Positions 20,897 to 32,616 are shown, numbered from the stretch's first letter. The stretch is 64,000 nucleotides of DNA from an uncultured delta proteobacterium (GCA_963843145.1 CAWJJC010000027.1:96001-160000), one strand, 5' to 3'. Notes: a model not told the origin generated them from the letters alone. A program made the numbers and translations.

Positions 20897-22464
20897 TTGA
20901 AACGCCCCTCCATTACCATTCCTGCCGGAATCCCTGACCTTCCCGCTTCGCCGGGCTGCCGTCTCCTTTCCGGAAAAAACAGCGGTCATTTCTCCCGAAG
21001 CGGGCGGACGGGAAGTATCCTATCGCTGGCTGGAAGACCATTCCTCCATCCTGGCGGCCTCTCTGGAACGGCTGGGGGTGGCCCCCGGAGACCGAGTGGG
21101 GCTCTGGCTCAAGAACAGCCTGGAATACATCCTGGCTTTTTACGGGATTTTAAAGGCCGGCGGAGTCGTCGTCCCCATCAGCACCCATTACCGGAGCCGG
21201 GAGGTTCTGCACCAGTTGAATACCACTGAAGCCAAAGGGTTGATCGCCCAGGCCGGTCTGCTGGGCACCCTGGAGGAGCTTTCCGCGGGGCATACGGGAC
21301 CTGGGTTTTCTAGTGACCGAAGGACAAGAAAAACCGCAATCCGGGGCCATTTCCTTTTCTTCCCTGCTTCAGGGTCCGAAAGGCCCCGACCGATCCATGG
21401 GACTTGATCCCCAGGAAACACTGGCCGTTCTTCCTTTCTCCAGCGGCACCACCGGACTGCCCAAAGGGGTGATGTTGACCCACCAAAACTTGTTGAGCAA
21501 TCTCTTCCAGGTCGTCCGGGCCCATGGGGTCCATGATGGCGATCTCTTTATCAACCAGCTCCCTTTTTTCCATATTTACGGGATGACTGTCCTCATGGGG
21601 GCCGCCATCCTGGCCGGGGCGACCCAGGTGGTAGCCAGCCGCTTCCGCCCGCTGGATGAATTTCTGGCATTATTTAAAACTTTCCGCCCTACCCTCTTCT
21701 TTACCGTCCCCCTGATCGTCCAGGAATTCTGCCAGGACCCGCAGGTCCCGACCATGGATTGGAGCCGGCTGCGCTATATCAACACCGGCGGCGCGCCCCT
21801 CTCCCCCGAGATCCAGGAACGATTCACCCGGATCACCGGGGTGCCGGTCATGCAGGGGTATGGGTTGACGGAATCCTCCCCCACCACCCATGTCAATCCC
21901 CTGGACCGGATTAAGGTGGGCTCCATCGGCTGGCCCCTGGCCAACACCGAGGACAAGATCGTCAACCCGGGGACCGGGATGGAACTCCCCCCCGGAGAGG
22001 TGGGAGAGCTCTGGGTCCGAGGCCCCCAGATAATGAAAGGCTACTACCAGGACCCGGAGTCTACGGCCCAGACCCTGGTGGACGGCTGGCTCCGAACCGG
22101 CGACCTGGCCCTGAAGGATGAAGAAGGCTATGTCTATATCGTCGACCGTCTGAAAGAATTAATCAAGTGCAAGGGCTTCCAGGTGGCCCCGGCGGAAATC
22201 GAGCATGTCCTGGTGGGACATCCGGCGGTCCAGGACGCCGCTGTCATTGCGGAAGCCCATCCGGACTTTGGCGAGGTCCCGGTGGCCTATGTGGTCCTGC
22301 GGTCCGAGGCCGAATGCACCGCGGAAGACCTGATCGAATACGCCGCCAATGGCCTGGCCAAGTACAAACGACTTGCCCGCGTGGTATTCATCGACGCCAT
22401 CCCCCGCAGCCCTTCCGGCAAAATTCTCCGCCGCGTGCTAAAGAACGGTCATACCTCAAGCTGA
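20897..22464 (+). CDS. acyl/aryl-CoA ligase (4-coumarate-CoA ligase-like), frameshifts near 20930 and 21300
   Basis: SSGTTGLPKGV, QGYGLTE, GWLRTGD, DRLKELIK, SPSGKILRR; N-terminus spread over ORFs 20897 and 21078. Confidence 0.85.
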
Positions 22465-22923
22465 ACAGATTAATACGATTGGAATGGTAAGGGTTCGGTG
22501 ATCCGTGGTGAGGGCTTCTTCCTGAAGTCTTGTTTTTGAAATTTGGTCCAACCTGCAAGATTTCTAACTCTAATTGTTGGCGTCCATCCCCAATTAAATG
22601 GCCCCCCAAGGATAAGAAACCCTATTTACTTTTCTTAGAATTGTGTATATTTCTTTGAATTCCAAGGCCAATTCAATCAGGTAACCCGTCATCCAGTTTC
22701 GCCCCTATCCCTATAAAGAGGCACCAGATGGGAGATTTAAGGAAACCCCATTTCTAAACCGAGAGTAAGAACCCTTACGTCCCGAAGAGCTAGTCCGCAG
22801 GGGTTCCCCCTCCCAGGGAGGGTTTATATGGTGGCAGATAAGGGGGGGGAGAGTTTGGAAGAGATGGAAAAGGCTAAGGGAATACGAAAATCTAAATATA
22901 AAATAGCACAAAGGAGGGGCACG

Positions 22924-23844
22924 ATGAGCAACCAGAGCAGGTGGGCAGGCATTGTAATGGGGGTGGTCATGGGGTTGTTGTTTTCGGGAGTCGTCGTATT
23001 GGCAGGGAACCTGGAACCCAGCGGGGGGCCGACTCAAGCCGGTTCGCAGATGTACACCATTGAGCAAATCTATGAACGGCTGAATACCGGCGCGGCGGGG
23101 AGCAAGATGACGTACTTCACCGAGCCAAGCAGCGGGCCAGCGGGTACGGGCCGCACCCTGGTTGAAATCATGGAGAAATTGCCGGCCCTAGATGATGACA
23201 ACGGCGCCGGTCCGGCCAACGTAGCCGAAGGAAAGACATACTGGGGGCTCACCAGCGGACAGTGGGGATTGAAGTCCGGTTCAATGTTGCCTACGGTTGG
23301 GGTTTCCAGGACCGGGCAGACCACGGGGTATGGACCAGGAGATGACGGCGACCTCCAAAAAGGTGTGGTCTGGCCGAATCCAAGATTTACGGATAACAAT
23401 AATAATGGGACGGTAACCGATAACCTGACCGGTCTGATCTGGCTGAAGAATGCTAATTGCATGGATATGGTGGGGGGAATAGCTAAAAGCTCAGGGAGGC
23501 TTACTTGGGCCGATGCGCTGACCTGGTCCAATAATTTGGCAACCGGAAACTGCGGCCTCACTGATGGTTCGACTGCCGGCCAATGGCGGCTGCCGAATGT
23601 GCGTGAAATGCAGAGTCTGCCTGATTATGGTTTTTTTAGTCCGGCTTTGTGCAACACGGATGGATCAGCAAAGTGGTCGGAGGGTGCTCCGTTTACGGGC
23701 GTTCAGTCGGATTACTACTGGTCGAGCACTACGTTCGCGAGCAGTACGAACACCGCGTGGCACGTGGACCTGAGCGCCGGCGGCGTGTATCAAAACGATA
23801 AGAATGTTACGGACCTCGTGTGGCCCGTCCGCGGCGGACAATGA
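22924..23844 (+). CDS. exported DUF1566 (Lcl C-terminal, C-type lectin-like) protein
   Basis: RFTDNNNNGTVTDNLTGLIW, WRLPNVREM, YYWSSTT...VWPVRGG; RBS AGGAGG. Confidence 0.88.
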   Translation: MSNQSRWAGIVMGVVMGLLFSGVVVLAGNLEPSGGPTQAGSQMYTIEQIYERLNTGAAGSKMTYFTEPSSGPAGTGRTLVEIMEKLPALDDDNGAGPANVAEGKTYWGLTSGQWGLKSGSMLPTVGVSRTGQTTGYGPGDDGDLQKGVVWPNPRFTDNNNNGTVTDNLTGLIWLKNANCMDMVGGIAKSSGRLTWADALTWSNNLATGNCGLTDGSTAGQWRLPNVREMQSLPDYGFFSPALCNTDGSAKWSEGAPFTGVQSDYYWSSTTFASSTNTAWHVDLSAGGVYQNDKNVTDLVWPVRGGQ

Positions 23845-24038
23845 AGATAATTGGGTTATTTGATCTTTTATGGGAGTGCAGGGGGGCATGCCCCCGCCCG
23901 CTGGGCGGGATTTTTTTGGAGTTAAGGCATGGTGTTCTCACAGAAGTTAGCTGATCAGTACCGCGAGTTGAAGAGCGCGGTGGCGGCTTGAAGTTGCAGA
24001 TGTAAATATCGACAAACCATAGCAAGGGAGGTTTTTAC

Positions 24039-24587
24039 ATGATCTACACAACACCGAAACCGATATGGCCAGTAGCGTTGTTCGCGGCCGTTGTCCTGGC
24101 CCTGCTGGGTATGTACCAGATAGGTTCAGCCGCGAGTATGGACCCTACGGCCAAATGGGCCTGGAGTACGAATGCGAGCTGGATCGATTTCAACCCCACC
24201 GTCGGTGGAGAGGTAGCCGTGTATGGGGATCACCTGGAAGGGTACATCTGGGCCGAGAACGTCGGCTGGATTCGGCTGGGAACTCATACCAGCGGCAGCC
24301 CCTATACCTATGGCAACACCGATGCCACCAATTACGGGGTCAACCGCGATTCCAGTGGCAGTTTGTTAGGCTATGCCTGGGGCGCCAATGTGGGCTGGAT
24401 CAACTTTGCCCCCACCGGAGGCGGGGTGACCATCGACCCGCAGACCGGTGCCTTTGCCGGTTACGCCTGGGGGGAGAACGTGGGCTGGATCAGTCTCAAG
24501 GGGGGCAGCGGACCCACGGCCTACGGGGTGGTCACCGATTTTCGTAATTTCCAAATCTATCTGCCATTGGTTCTGAGACCGTCGTGA
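24039..24587 (+). CDS. exported protein with GYAWGENVGWI repeats and LPL tail
   Basis: Signal peptide; three GY(A/I)WxxNVGWI repeats; ends QIYLPLVLRPS. Confidence 0.85.
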   Translation: MIYTTPKPIWPVALFAAVVLALLGMYQIGSAASMDPTAKWAWSTNASWIDFNPTVGGEVAVYGDHLEGYIWAENVGWIRLGTHTSGSPYTYGNTDATNYGVNRDSSGSLLGYAWGANVGWINFAPTGGGVTIDPQTGAFAGYAWGENVGWISLKGGSGPTAYGVVTDFRNFQIYLPLVLRPS

Positions 24588-24624
24588 GAATTTAGCGGGA
24601 AACACCTATTGAACCACTCAGAGA

Positions 24625-24659
24625 AGAGGGCAGGATTCAGAAATGGCCCTGCCCTCTTT
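24625..24659 (+). terminator. hairpin terminator
   Basis: AAGAGGGCAGG...CCTGCCCTCTTT. Confidence 0.6.
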
Positions 24660-25146
24660 GTACAGTTCGATCGGTAATCGTTATCAAGTTGGCAGGAGAT
24701 TTAAACCATAGGCGGACAAATAAGAGACTCACACCCAAACCCAAAACCCTCGAACTTCAGATAGACTACTCGGATTCCCAGCTTCCTTTCTACGAGGATG
24801 CCTTTGACCTGGATTTTGGGGTTTCCGCGGCTCCATCGGCTCCCTGAGCTAAGAGGTCCGCCGGAGGCCCAGGGTGTATACCATTTTTCGTAGTCGCCCC
24901 CCTCGTTTTCCCTTTTCCCAACAACGGGCAACGTCCAAGCCTCCAACCCCCCTTTTTTTTCGGAAGACCCCCATTGTACCCTTGCTTTGGACCCAATTTT
25001 CTTATTGACCCGGTATTATTATTATTTTAAACTCTTTCCAGCTAAAAGAAACTTCTTATCATTGAGACAGACGAATTCTTCAAGGGGATGAAGGCAATTC
25101 CCACGGAATGCCCATCCCCGATTCTTTCTTACGAGGAGCAAAGGAC

Positions 25147-26234
25147 ATGCGTCACCATCGATTGGCGGATTGGTTCAGATCAAGTTCAGGTTGGGCGCGC
25201 AAGCAAGCCCTCAGGCGCCCGAATCCAATCATGAAAACCGGGCTGCGCGCAGCGATGATTCTACTTACATTCGTCTTGGTACAGAACATGGTACCCGCGC
25301 AGGTCGCGGCGGCTCCCAGTCTTGTGCTAATTGCTCAGAGCGATTCGATGGTGGCGGTGGTTGGAACGACGAACGTGAACGACCAAAATTTCGGGGGAGT
25401 CTCCCTCGCGTGTCCTGCGGGCAAGGTGGCGGTCGGGGGCGGGATAGACCCCAGTAATGTACTCACCGAGTTTGTCACTTCTTCCGGTCCGACGTGGGGG
25501 GGGTAACCGGCTCCTCTTGCAGCCCGTGGGCGCCAATCCGGCTCCCGACGGTTGGGAGGCATACATTAGAAACGACTCTGGCGCCACGGCGCCGGTCAAC
25601 GTCGCCGTGATCTGTGTGACTAGTTCTTCGGTAAGCAGTGTTGTTGGAACGACGAACGTGAACGACGGCGATTATGGTGTGGTTTCCCTCGCCTGCCCTG
25701 CGGGCCAGGTGGCGGTTGGAGGCGGGATAGACCCCAGTAATGTGTTCACCGAGTATGTCACTTCTTCCGGTCCGACGTGGGGGGGTAACCGGCTCCTCAT
25801 GCAACCCGTTGGCGCCAATCCGGCTCCCGACGGTTGGCAGGCAAGCATTTTTAACTTCTCTGGTACCAGGGCGCCGGTCAAGGCCGCCGTCATCTGTGTG
25901 ACTAGTTCCTCGGTAAGCAGTGTCGTTGGAACGGCCAATGCGAACGACCACACTTTTGGTGTGGTTTCCCTCGCATGCCCTGCGGGCCAAGTGGCGGTTG
26001 GCGGCGGGATAGACGCCCAGGGTTTGTTGGAGGAGCATGTCACTTCTTCCGGTCCGACGTGGGGGGGCAACCAGCTCCACTTGCAGCCCGTGGGCGCCAA
26101 TCCGGCTCCGACGGTTGGCAGGCAAGCATTCTCAACGGTCTGCCCCGCCGCCGTTCAACGTCGCCGTGATCTGTATGCCAGCAGCGAATTCGACAGCGGC
26201 GCAATCTATCTTCTTGCCGTTGATCGTGAGATAA
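25147..26234 (+). CDS. exported protein with three about 94-aa Cys-containing repeats and LPL tail (frameshifted)
   Basis: Repeat units start about 25357, 25640, 25922 (SLACPAGxVAVGGGID...AVIC); indels near the G run at 25496-25503 and near 26110; ends SIFLPLIVR. Confidence 0.8.
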
Positions 26235-26308
26235 AGACTGGAGTACCCTTCTGTACAAGATACGGCTGGTAAATGCACGTCTAGACCTTATCTAATGTAC
26301 AAACAACA

Positions 26309-26348
26309 AAAGGAGAGAGAAGATTATGTCTTCTCTCTCCTTTTTTTG
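26309..26348 (+). terminator. intrinsic terminator
   Basis: AAGGAGAGAGAAGA...TCTTCTCTCTCCTT plus T run. Confidence 0.8.
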
Positions 26349-26419
26349 TTTCTTGGAATAGATGAGTGCGACAAGGGTTACTTGCTGTTTGGCGGTTCTG
26401 CCCCCCGTGAGCGTGTCTT

Positions 26420-26650
26420 TTGTTTAGAATAGCTTTGCCAAAAGGTAAAATCACTCCCGATCATATTCACCTGCTGAAATCCTGGAAGCATTTCGGATTC
26501 AGGTCTTTTGCGGCCCCCGCATCCTGCCCAGAAAAAGCTGCCATGGCCTCCGGCTCGTAAAGGCATGCCTACGCCTCGGAGAGAAAACCTGGCCCGCTAT
26601 ATCATCCGGGCTTCTTTCTCTCAGGAACGAATGACCTATCTGCCGGAACC
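26420..26650 (+). mobile_element. IS91-family transposase remnant
   Basis: Broken frames give AKGKITPDHIHLLKSWKH..GF.VFCGPRILP and ENLARYIIRASFSQERMTYLPE, recognisable as IS91-type Y2 transposase segments. Confidence 0.65.
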
Positions 26651-26778
26651 TGTCGAGAGGTAAAGGCAATTTAGGCAGGATGTCGGCGCCTGCTCCCTTG
26701 AATCCTAATTTTTAGGCCTTGGGACGCCAAGGAAAATTTCAATATAAATTCTGCGACGGCTTCTGAAAACCGGGACTT

Positions 26779-27100
26779 ATTAACGGTCTCAAAATAATAT
26801 TGACTGGATTCTTTAACGCTGCCAAGTCACAACCAAAGAAAAAAGACGACCTCTCACAGAGTGCACAGAGATCGCAGAGAAATATTATTTATGATTGCCG
26901 CTGAGAGGCCGGCAATCATAAAAAGTCTCCCGCTCCGCGAATAAGACCCCGCCGGAGGCGTGAGTTGTTTTGAAAAATCGGCGTCTCAGCGATATTTCAA
27001 AAAAGAGATTCGTCTTTCTCTGCGCTCTCGGCGAACTCGAGCGAAGCGGGCGAGAGATAAAAAGAACAACCCGTGTATAGACAATTATGAGACTATTTAA
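26779..27100. mobile_element. MITE-like element (ATTAACGGTCTCA...TGAGACTATTTAA) with internal CACAGAG/CGCAGAG hairpin module
   Basis: Ends resemble 19658-19826 and 40189; internal inverted repeats. Confidence 0.5.
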
Positions 27101-27302
27101 AAGTGTCCTGTTCCTTCTTTCTATAATTCAAACAGCTTTAAACTCAACAGGCGAGCACTGTGCAAGATTCGCAGAATGATGACCCTGGAACAATCGATTC
27201 TGAAAACGGTAACCATAATCGGACGGACGGTCTGGTGCATTTGTCTAAAGGCGAAATATAAATTTTAACTTATTCCGTAAATAGTGTTAGAATGATTTTA
27301 TT

Positions 27303-27896
27303 GTGCGTCATTGGCTGATAACAGCAATCCTTATCTGCCTGTTTTTCCCTGAAACCGGCTGGTCGGACATCTATTACTGGATAGATGGCCAGGGAATTCA
27401 GAACTATACCGGGAACCTGGAGAGCGTTCCCGAAAAGTACCGTTCACAAGCGCAACTGCTTTCTCTTCCGCCGGCGCCGCCGGCTCCCCCTGAACTGGCC
27501 CCGAGCCCACCCAACCGGGGCACGACGAGAATCCCCTTCACCCCCGGCTCTCCTGTTTTGGTGCAAGCCAAAATCAACGGCATCGGACCCATCACGCTTA
27601 TACTGGATACCGGTGCGGAGGGTACTATAATTTCACCTTCGGTCCTGACCCGGTTAGGTCGCGCCCCTGAAAATGGGCCGCCCCTTACCTTGAAAGGCGT
27701 GACGGGAATGGGTTATGCGAGTAGAGTCTGGGTTGATTTCATCGAAGTCGGTGATACCAAAGTAGGTCCCCTGCTGATTGCCGTTTATGAGGCTGACCTG
27801 AGAGGAGCCGAAGGTTTACTGGGCCGGGACTTTCTATCCCACCTAAAGGTAACTATTGACTCCAAGGAAAAAGTGGTTACGCTGTCGCCTAATTGA
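27303..27896 (+). CDS. exported retropepsin-like aspartic protease with N-terminal DUF4124-like domain
   Basis: Signal peptide, IYYWIDGQG..YT, Pro linker, LILDTGA, GLLGRDFL. Confidence 0.85.
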   Translation: MRHWLITAILICLFFPETGWSDIYYWIDGQGIQNYTGNLESVPEKYRSQAQLLSLPPAPPAPPELAPSPPNRGTTRIPFTPGSPVLVQAKINGIGPITLILDTGAEGTIISPSVLTRLGRAPENGPPLTLKGVTGMGYASRVWVDFIEVGDTKVGPLLIAVYEADLRGAEGLLGRDFLSHLKVTIDSKEKVVTLSPN

Positions 27897-28010
27897 GGGC
27901 AGGGGGCAACGAAACGGGAAAAGGACTGTCCGCAAACCGCGGGATCGGCACCCCTTTTTCCGAAAGGTGCATTTCATCTAGCCTTTTATTCTATTGAGGA
28001 GGGAACGAGC

Positions 28011-29054
28011 GTGGAAGAAAAAATGCGTGTCATGAACGAAAAACCGCGCAATGCGGAAACCCCGATTCAATATCTTCGTTCGTGGATTACGGCCAATGCC
28101 GTCTTCTTCGACCGCAATCAGGGTGAAATCCCTGAGAAACCGGTAGCCCTCTCGGAGTGGGAGCTTGTCATCGAGGGGGAAGTGGAAGAGCCTCTCCGCG
28201 TCAATTTCGACCAGATCTACCGAATGCCCAAGACCATCGTCGCGAACACGCTGGAATGTTCAGGAAACAGCCGGTCACTTCTGGAAGAAAAGGCCGCGGG
28301 AAATCCCTGGACCATCGGCGGTGTTGGAAATGCCGTCTGGGGCGGAGTCTGGCTCAGGGATCTTTTAAACCAAAGTGGTTTAAAAAGGGGCGCGCAACAG
28401 GTGGCCTTCGAAGGGTTGGATAAACCCCTGGGCGGCAAACAGGTAAAATTCATCCGCAGCATCCCGATCGAGAAGGCCATGTCATCAACCCTCCTGGCCT
28501 ACGAGATGAACGGCGAACCACTGCCGCTGAAACACGGGTTCCCTTTAAGGGCCCTGGCCTTGGGCTGGACTGGCGCCAACTGTGTGAAGTGGCTTTCCAA
28601 AGTCACGGTCTTGGACCGGCCCTTGGAAGGGTTTTTCATGGACCAAGTCTATCGGGTGTTTCCAAAGGGAGAAGATCCCAAATCCGGTGAGGTGGTAACC
28701 GGCCTGAAACTGAAGTCCATCATCACCCAACCGGTCAAAGGAGAGCACCTTCCCCCGGGGATGGTGACCATCCTGGGAGCGGCCTATGCCGGACCGATCG
28801 ATGTGGAAGGGGTTGACGTGTCGGTGGACGGCGGGCAAACGTGGAACCGGGCCGCCTTTATCGGTCCGCACGAGCCGTTTGCCTGGCGGCAATGGCAGTA
28901 CTTGTGGGAAGTGGATAAAGAGGGCGAATATACCATCATGTCCCGTGCTATTGACGCGGAGGGACGTCAACAGCCCCTGAACGCGCAGTGGAATGTCTTG
29001 GGATACGGCAACAACGGGGTAATGGAGCATGCGGTCACCATGCATATCGTCTGA
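28011..29054 (+). CDS. sulfite oxidase-family molybdopterin oxidoreductase
   Basis: TLECSGNSR, LLAYEMNGEPLPLKHGFPLR, VKWL, dimerisation domain VSVDGGQTW...WN..GY.NN. Confidence 0.9.
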   Translation: MEEKMRVMNEKPRNAETPIQYLRSWITANAVFFDRNQGEIPEKPVALSEWELVIEGEVEEPLRVNFDQIYRMPKTIVANTLECSGNSRSLLEEKAAGNPWTIGGVGNAVWGGVWLRDLLNQSGLKRGAQQVAFEGLDKPLGGKQVKFIRSIPIEKAMSSTLLAYEMNGEPLPLKHGFPLRALALGWTGANCVKWLSKVTVLDRPLEGFFMDQVYRVFPKGEDPKSGEVVTGLKLKSIITQPVKGEHLPPGMVTILGAAYAGPIDVEGVDVSVDGGQTWNRAAFIGPHEPFAWRQWQYLWEVDKEGEYTIMSRAIDAEGRQQPLNAQWNVLGYGNNGVMEHAVTMHIV

Positions 29055-29123
29055 GGGTGCAATTGGAATTTCCTATTGTTCTTTTGCATTCACTAACCGG
29101 GGGCCAACCAAGCTATTCTGCTG

Positions 29124-29918
29124 ATGTCGTCAACGGTAGTCCCGACCAAAACCCAGATGGTCGACAGCGCCGGCGGCCGGAGCCAACTCGCCCAGCTCAC
29201 CACCAGCGGCTTGGTACTCCTGGTGCTTCTCTTCTTGACCGCCCCGCTGGCCTACCTGCCGGAGGCGGTCCTCTCCGCGATCGTCTTTCTCATCGGTCTG
29301 GAACTGATCGATGTCCAAGGTATGCGCAAGATCTTCGCCGAGCGACCCTGGGAGTTTTGGGTAGCGCTGATCACGGCCGCGGTTGTGGTCATTGTGGGGG
29401 TCGAGCAGAGCATTCTCCTGGCGATAGTCTTGTCGCTCGTGGTGCATACGCGCCATGGCTATCAGGTGAACAACATGGTGATTGTTCATGACCAGACACT
29501 CGGCTGGCGGCAGCAGCAGATTAACCTCCCGGAACAGGCCGCACCCGGTCTCATGATTTACCGGTTCATGCACAATATGTACTACGCCAATATCGAGGTA
29601 CTCCATAATGAGGTCGTCGGACTGGCCAGAGGCGCGCAGCCTCCCTTATCATGGTTCTGCATCGATGCCGCGGCGGTCAACGATGTGGACTTCACGGCGG
29701 CCGAAGCATTGCGCTCAATTCACGGCATCCTGAAATCGCTGGGGATCAAACTCGTCTTTTGCCAACTTGTCGAGGAAGTCCGCCGGGAATTTGACCGATC
29801 CCAGCTCACCGAGCTGTTCGGCCGGGATGCTTTTTTTGAAACCCCCAACGCGGTGTTAAACGCCTTTGTCGAGAAGGACCACCTCTGGATCGACAACCGC
29901 GATATAATTACGGAATAA
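29124..29918 (+). pseudogene. SulP-family anion transporter, 5-prime truncated, with STAS domain
   Basis: Starts mid-protein at VNGSPTKT/GGRSQLAQL...PLAYLPEAVLSAIV; STAS DFTAAEAL; N-terminal TM region absent. Confidence 0.8.
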
Positions 29919-29969
29919 TTAGCCTGATAAGGTCAAGTTAGTAGCGGCTGACCTCCCTCTCGCCGGGTT

Positions 29970-30030
29970 CCGGATATAAATACAGTCTTTCCCTTCATAC
30001 AATTACAGCCTTTACCTTATTCTTTTATTT
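29970..30030 (+). promoter_or_regulatory. conserved upstream element with TACAG(T/C)CTTT direct repeats
   Basis: Similar block at 32897-32951; repeats start at 29981 and 30004. Confidence 0.55.
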
Positions 30031-30100
30031 ACTATCTTTAGTTAAATAGTTAAAATTATAATAAAGTTGTTATCCCTGTGGGTAATTGGAGAAATTTAAA

Positions 30101-32616
30101 ATGAAAAAGATCAGGATGTTTAGGGAGGGGATGACCTCTTTTTCGGTGGATTTCAGCCGTAGGACCAGGGCCTCCTCCCGTAGGAGTCTAATCTTCGTAA
30201 TGGCCCCTCTCAGGACGTGTTTGATCGCCTTCAGCCTGATCCTCACCCTGCTTCCAGCGGCGAAAACGTCTGCTCAGCCGGTCCCGGCGCCGGTCGGAAA
30301 CAAAAGTCCAATGACTTCGGCTGAACCCCGGCCGCGATCCCTGGGCGCGGCCGGCTGTCAGTGGACCTACTATCCGATTTCCGGCGGTCAGCTCCAACCG
30401 GAGCAGCCGCTCTTTAACGATCCCGATAATACGCCCCTCATCAATCTGAGCCTGGGCAATATGTTTAAAGGAAAATCCACCCACTTAAACAGCACCGGCT
30501 CAACGGATTTCGACGGCGACAACAAGACCGACGTCTTCCGCACCCTGCCGCGCTCCGACGGCAACCTGCAATGGCAATACTCCAGCGGCGGTGCCGGTCC
30601 CTGGCAGGACCTGGCCTATGCCAGCAATACCCTGCCGGCTTCGGCGTTGCAGTTTGGTGATTTCAATGGCGACAGCAAGACAGATGTCTTCGCCAGCTAT
30701 TATGACACTGCCCCAACCTATCATTGGCTGTACTCCCCCAGCGGGACGGACAGCTTCGTCACCCTGAATACTTCGACTATTCTTCGCGGATCGCCTGGCA
30801 CTCGGCGATTTCAACGGCGACGGCAAAACGGACGTTTTCACCGCCACGCTACAGAACAATGTCTACCAATGGGGCTACTTCCCCGGCGGGAACGGCGGTA
30901 TGGTGCAACTGGCCTTTGCAGCGACCGATCCGTCGTTGCTGCGCTTTGGCGATTTCGACGGCGACGGCAAGACCGACGTTTTCGCGGCTACCCAGCAGGC
31001 CGACGGTTCAACCCAATGGCTGTATTCCAGCGGGGGGGCAACCAGTTACACCAACTCTGACTACGACCACCGTGCCTTACTCGGAGCTGAAATTCGGCGA
31101 CTTCGACGGCGACGGCAAGACCGATGTGCTGGCCGCGCTGCCCCAGGCCGATGGCGGCCTGCAGGTGGTCTACTGGCCGGGCGGGCTCGGCCCGGCGGTC
31201 ACCTTGGGATACATCCCGGCGCCCGCCCCCGCGCTGCGGGTGGGGGACTTCAACGGCGACGGCATCTCCGACCTGCTGGCGCTGCGCTGCGGAATGCCGG
31301 GGCCGCTGGCTTTCGGTCCGCGGCAAACCCTGGCGACGTCCGGTTATGGCACGTTTTATAAGACCCTGACCGGGGACGTCAACGGCGATGGCCGGCCCGA
31401 CGTGATTTTGATCTCGACTTGCCAGAACCCCAACCCCTTTGGAATATGCGCCACCCACCACCTCCAGGTCGGCGTGGCGCTGGGTACGCCCGCCCATACC
31501 GACACCCTGGTGGCGCCGCAGCAGTTGGGGGCCGATAGCCTGGACTTCACCTATTACAAGGTTCTGGCCGGCGATTTCGACGGCGATGGGAAAACCGACC
31601 TGGCGCTGATCAATGGCACTCCCACCAGCCTGACGATCTATGTGGCCCGCTCCAATGGCGATGGGAGTTTCACACTGGGTTCCCCGCAGACCTTCACAGG
31701 AGAAAACTGGTCCATACTTCAACCCCATCGTGGGCGATTTCAACGGCGACGGCAAAGCCGACCTGGCCTTCACGACGGTTTGCAATACGGTTCCTTGCAA
31801 GCCGGCAGTTGTACTGATGGGGATAATAACGCCGTGTATGTGGCCACTTCCACCGGCGCCGGGACCTTTACCCTGGGCGCCCGTCAGGACCTGGGCCCGG
31901 CCAACGGGTGGGTCGACTTCTATGCCTTCGCCGGCGATTTCAACGGCGATGGGAAAACCGACCTGGTCTTCAACTCCACCTGCCAGAAGAAGAATTACAT
32001 CGATCAGCACCTGCACGGTCGGTGATGCCAACTTTGTCTACACGGCGTTATCGACCGGGCTCGGGAGTTTCACCTTGAGTGCGAGGCAGACGTATGGCAG
32101 CTTCGGGCTGGGGAGACTACCCCGTCAGCGTAGATCTGATCGGCGACGTGAACGGCGACGGCCGCAGCGACCTGGTCTGGTCTTCTTCCTATCAATCGGT
32201 CGCTAAGACCAACAATAATCAGGTGGTGGTGGGTTTCGCCAATCCCGACGGGAACCTTCCAGCTCGGGTCCGTTCAAAACTTCGGCAGCGCCTGGACGGG
32301 CAGCCTGACCCTGGCCGACCTCAACCACGATGGCAAGGCCGATCTGATCTGGAATAACGCTCCCTTAGGTGACACGGATGTGGATACCTATGCGGCCGCC
32401 ACGTCGAACGGCGATGGCACGTTCAAGGTCCTGGGACAGGGGGCCGTCTACACCGGCCAGGGGTATTTCCAAATTCCGGAGAGCTTCGACTTCAAAAAGC
32501 CGGTCTCCGGCCTGACGCTCGTGTCCACCCGGCAAAATTCAATCAGCAATGCCCTGTTTGTTGTCCATGGCTTCTTGCCGGGAGGGAATGTTTACCTGCC
32601 TTTAATACGAAAATAG
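30101..32616 (+). CDS. exported FG-GAP/VCBS repeat protein with LPL tail (several frameshifts)
   Basis: More than ten GDF(N/D)GDGK(T/A)D repeats across ORFs 30086, 30900, 30724, 31640, 32079, 32380; ends NVYLPLIRK. Confidence 0.85.
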
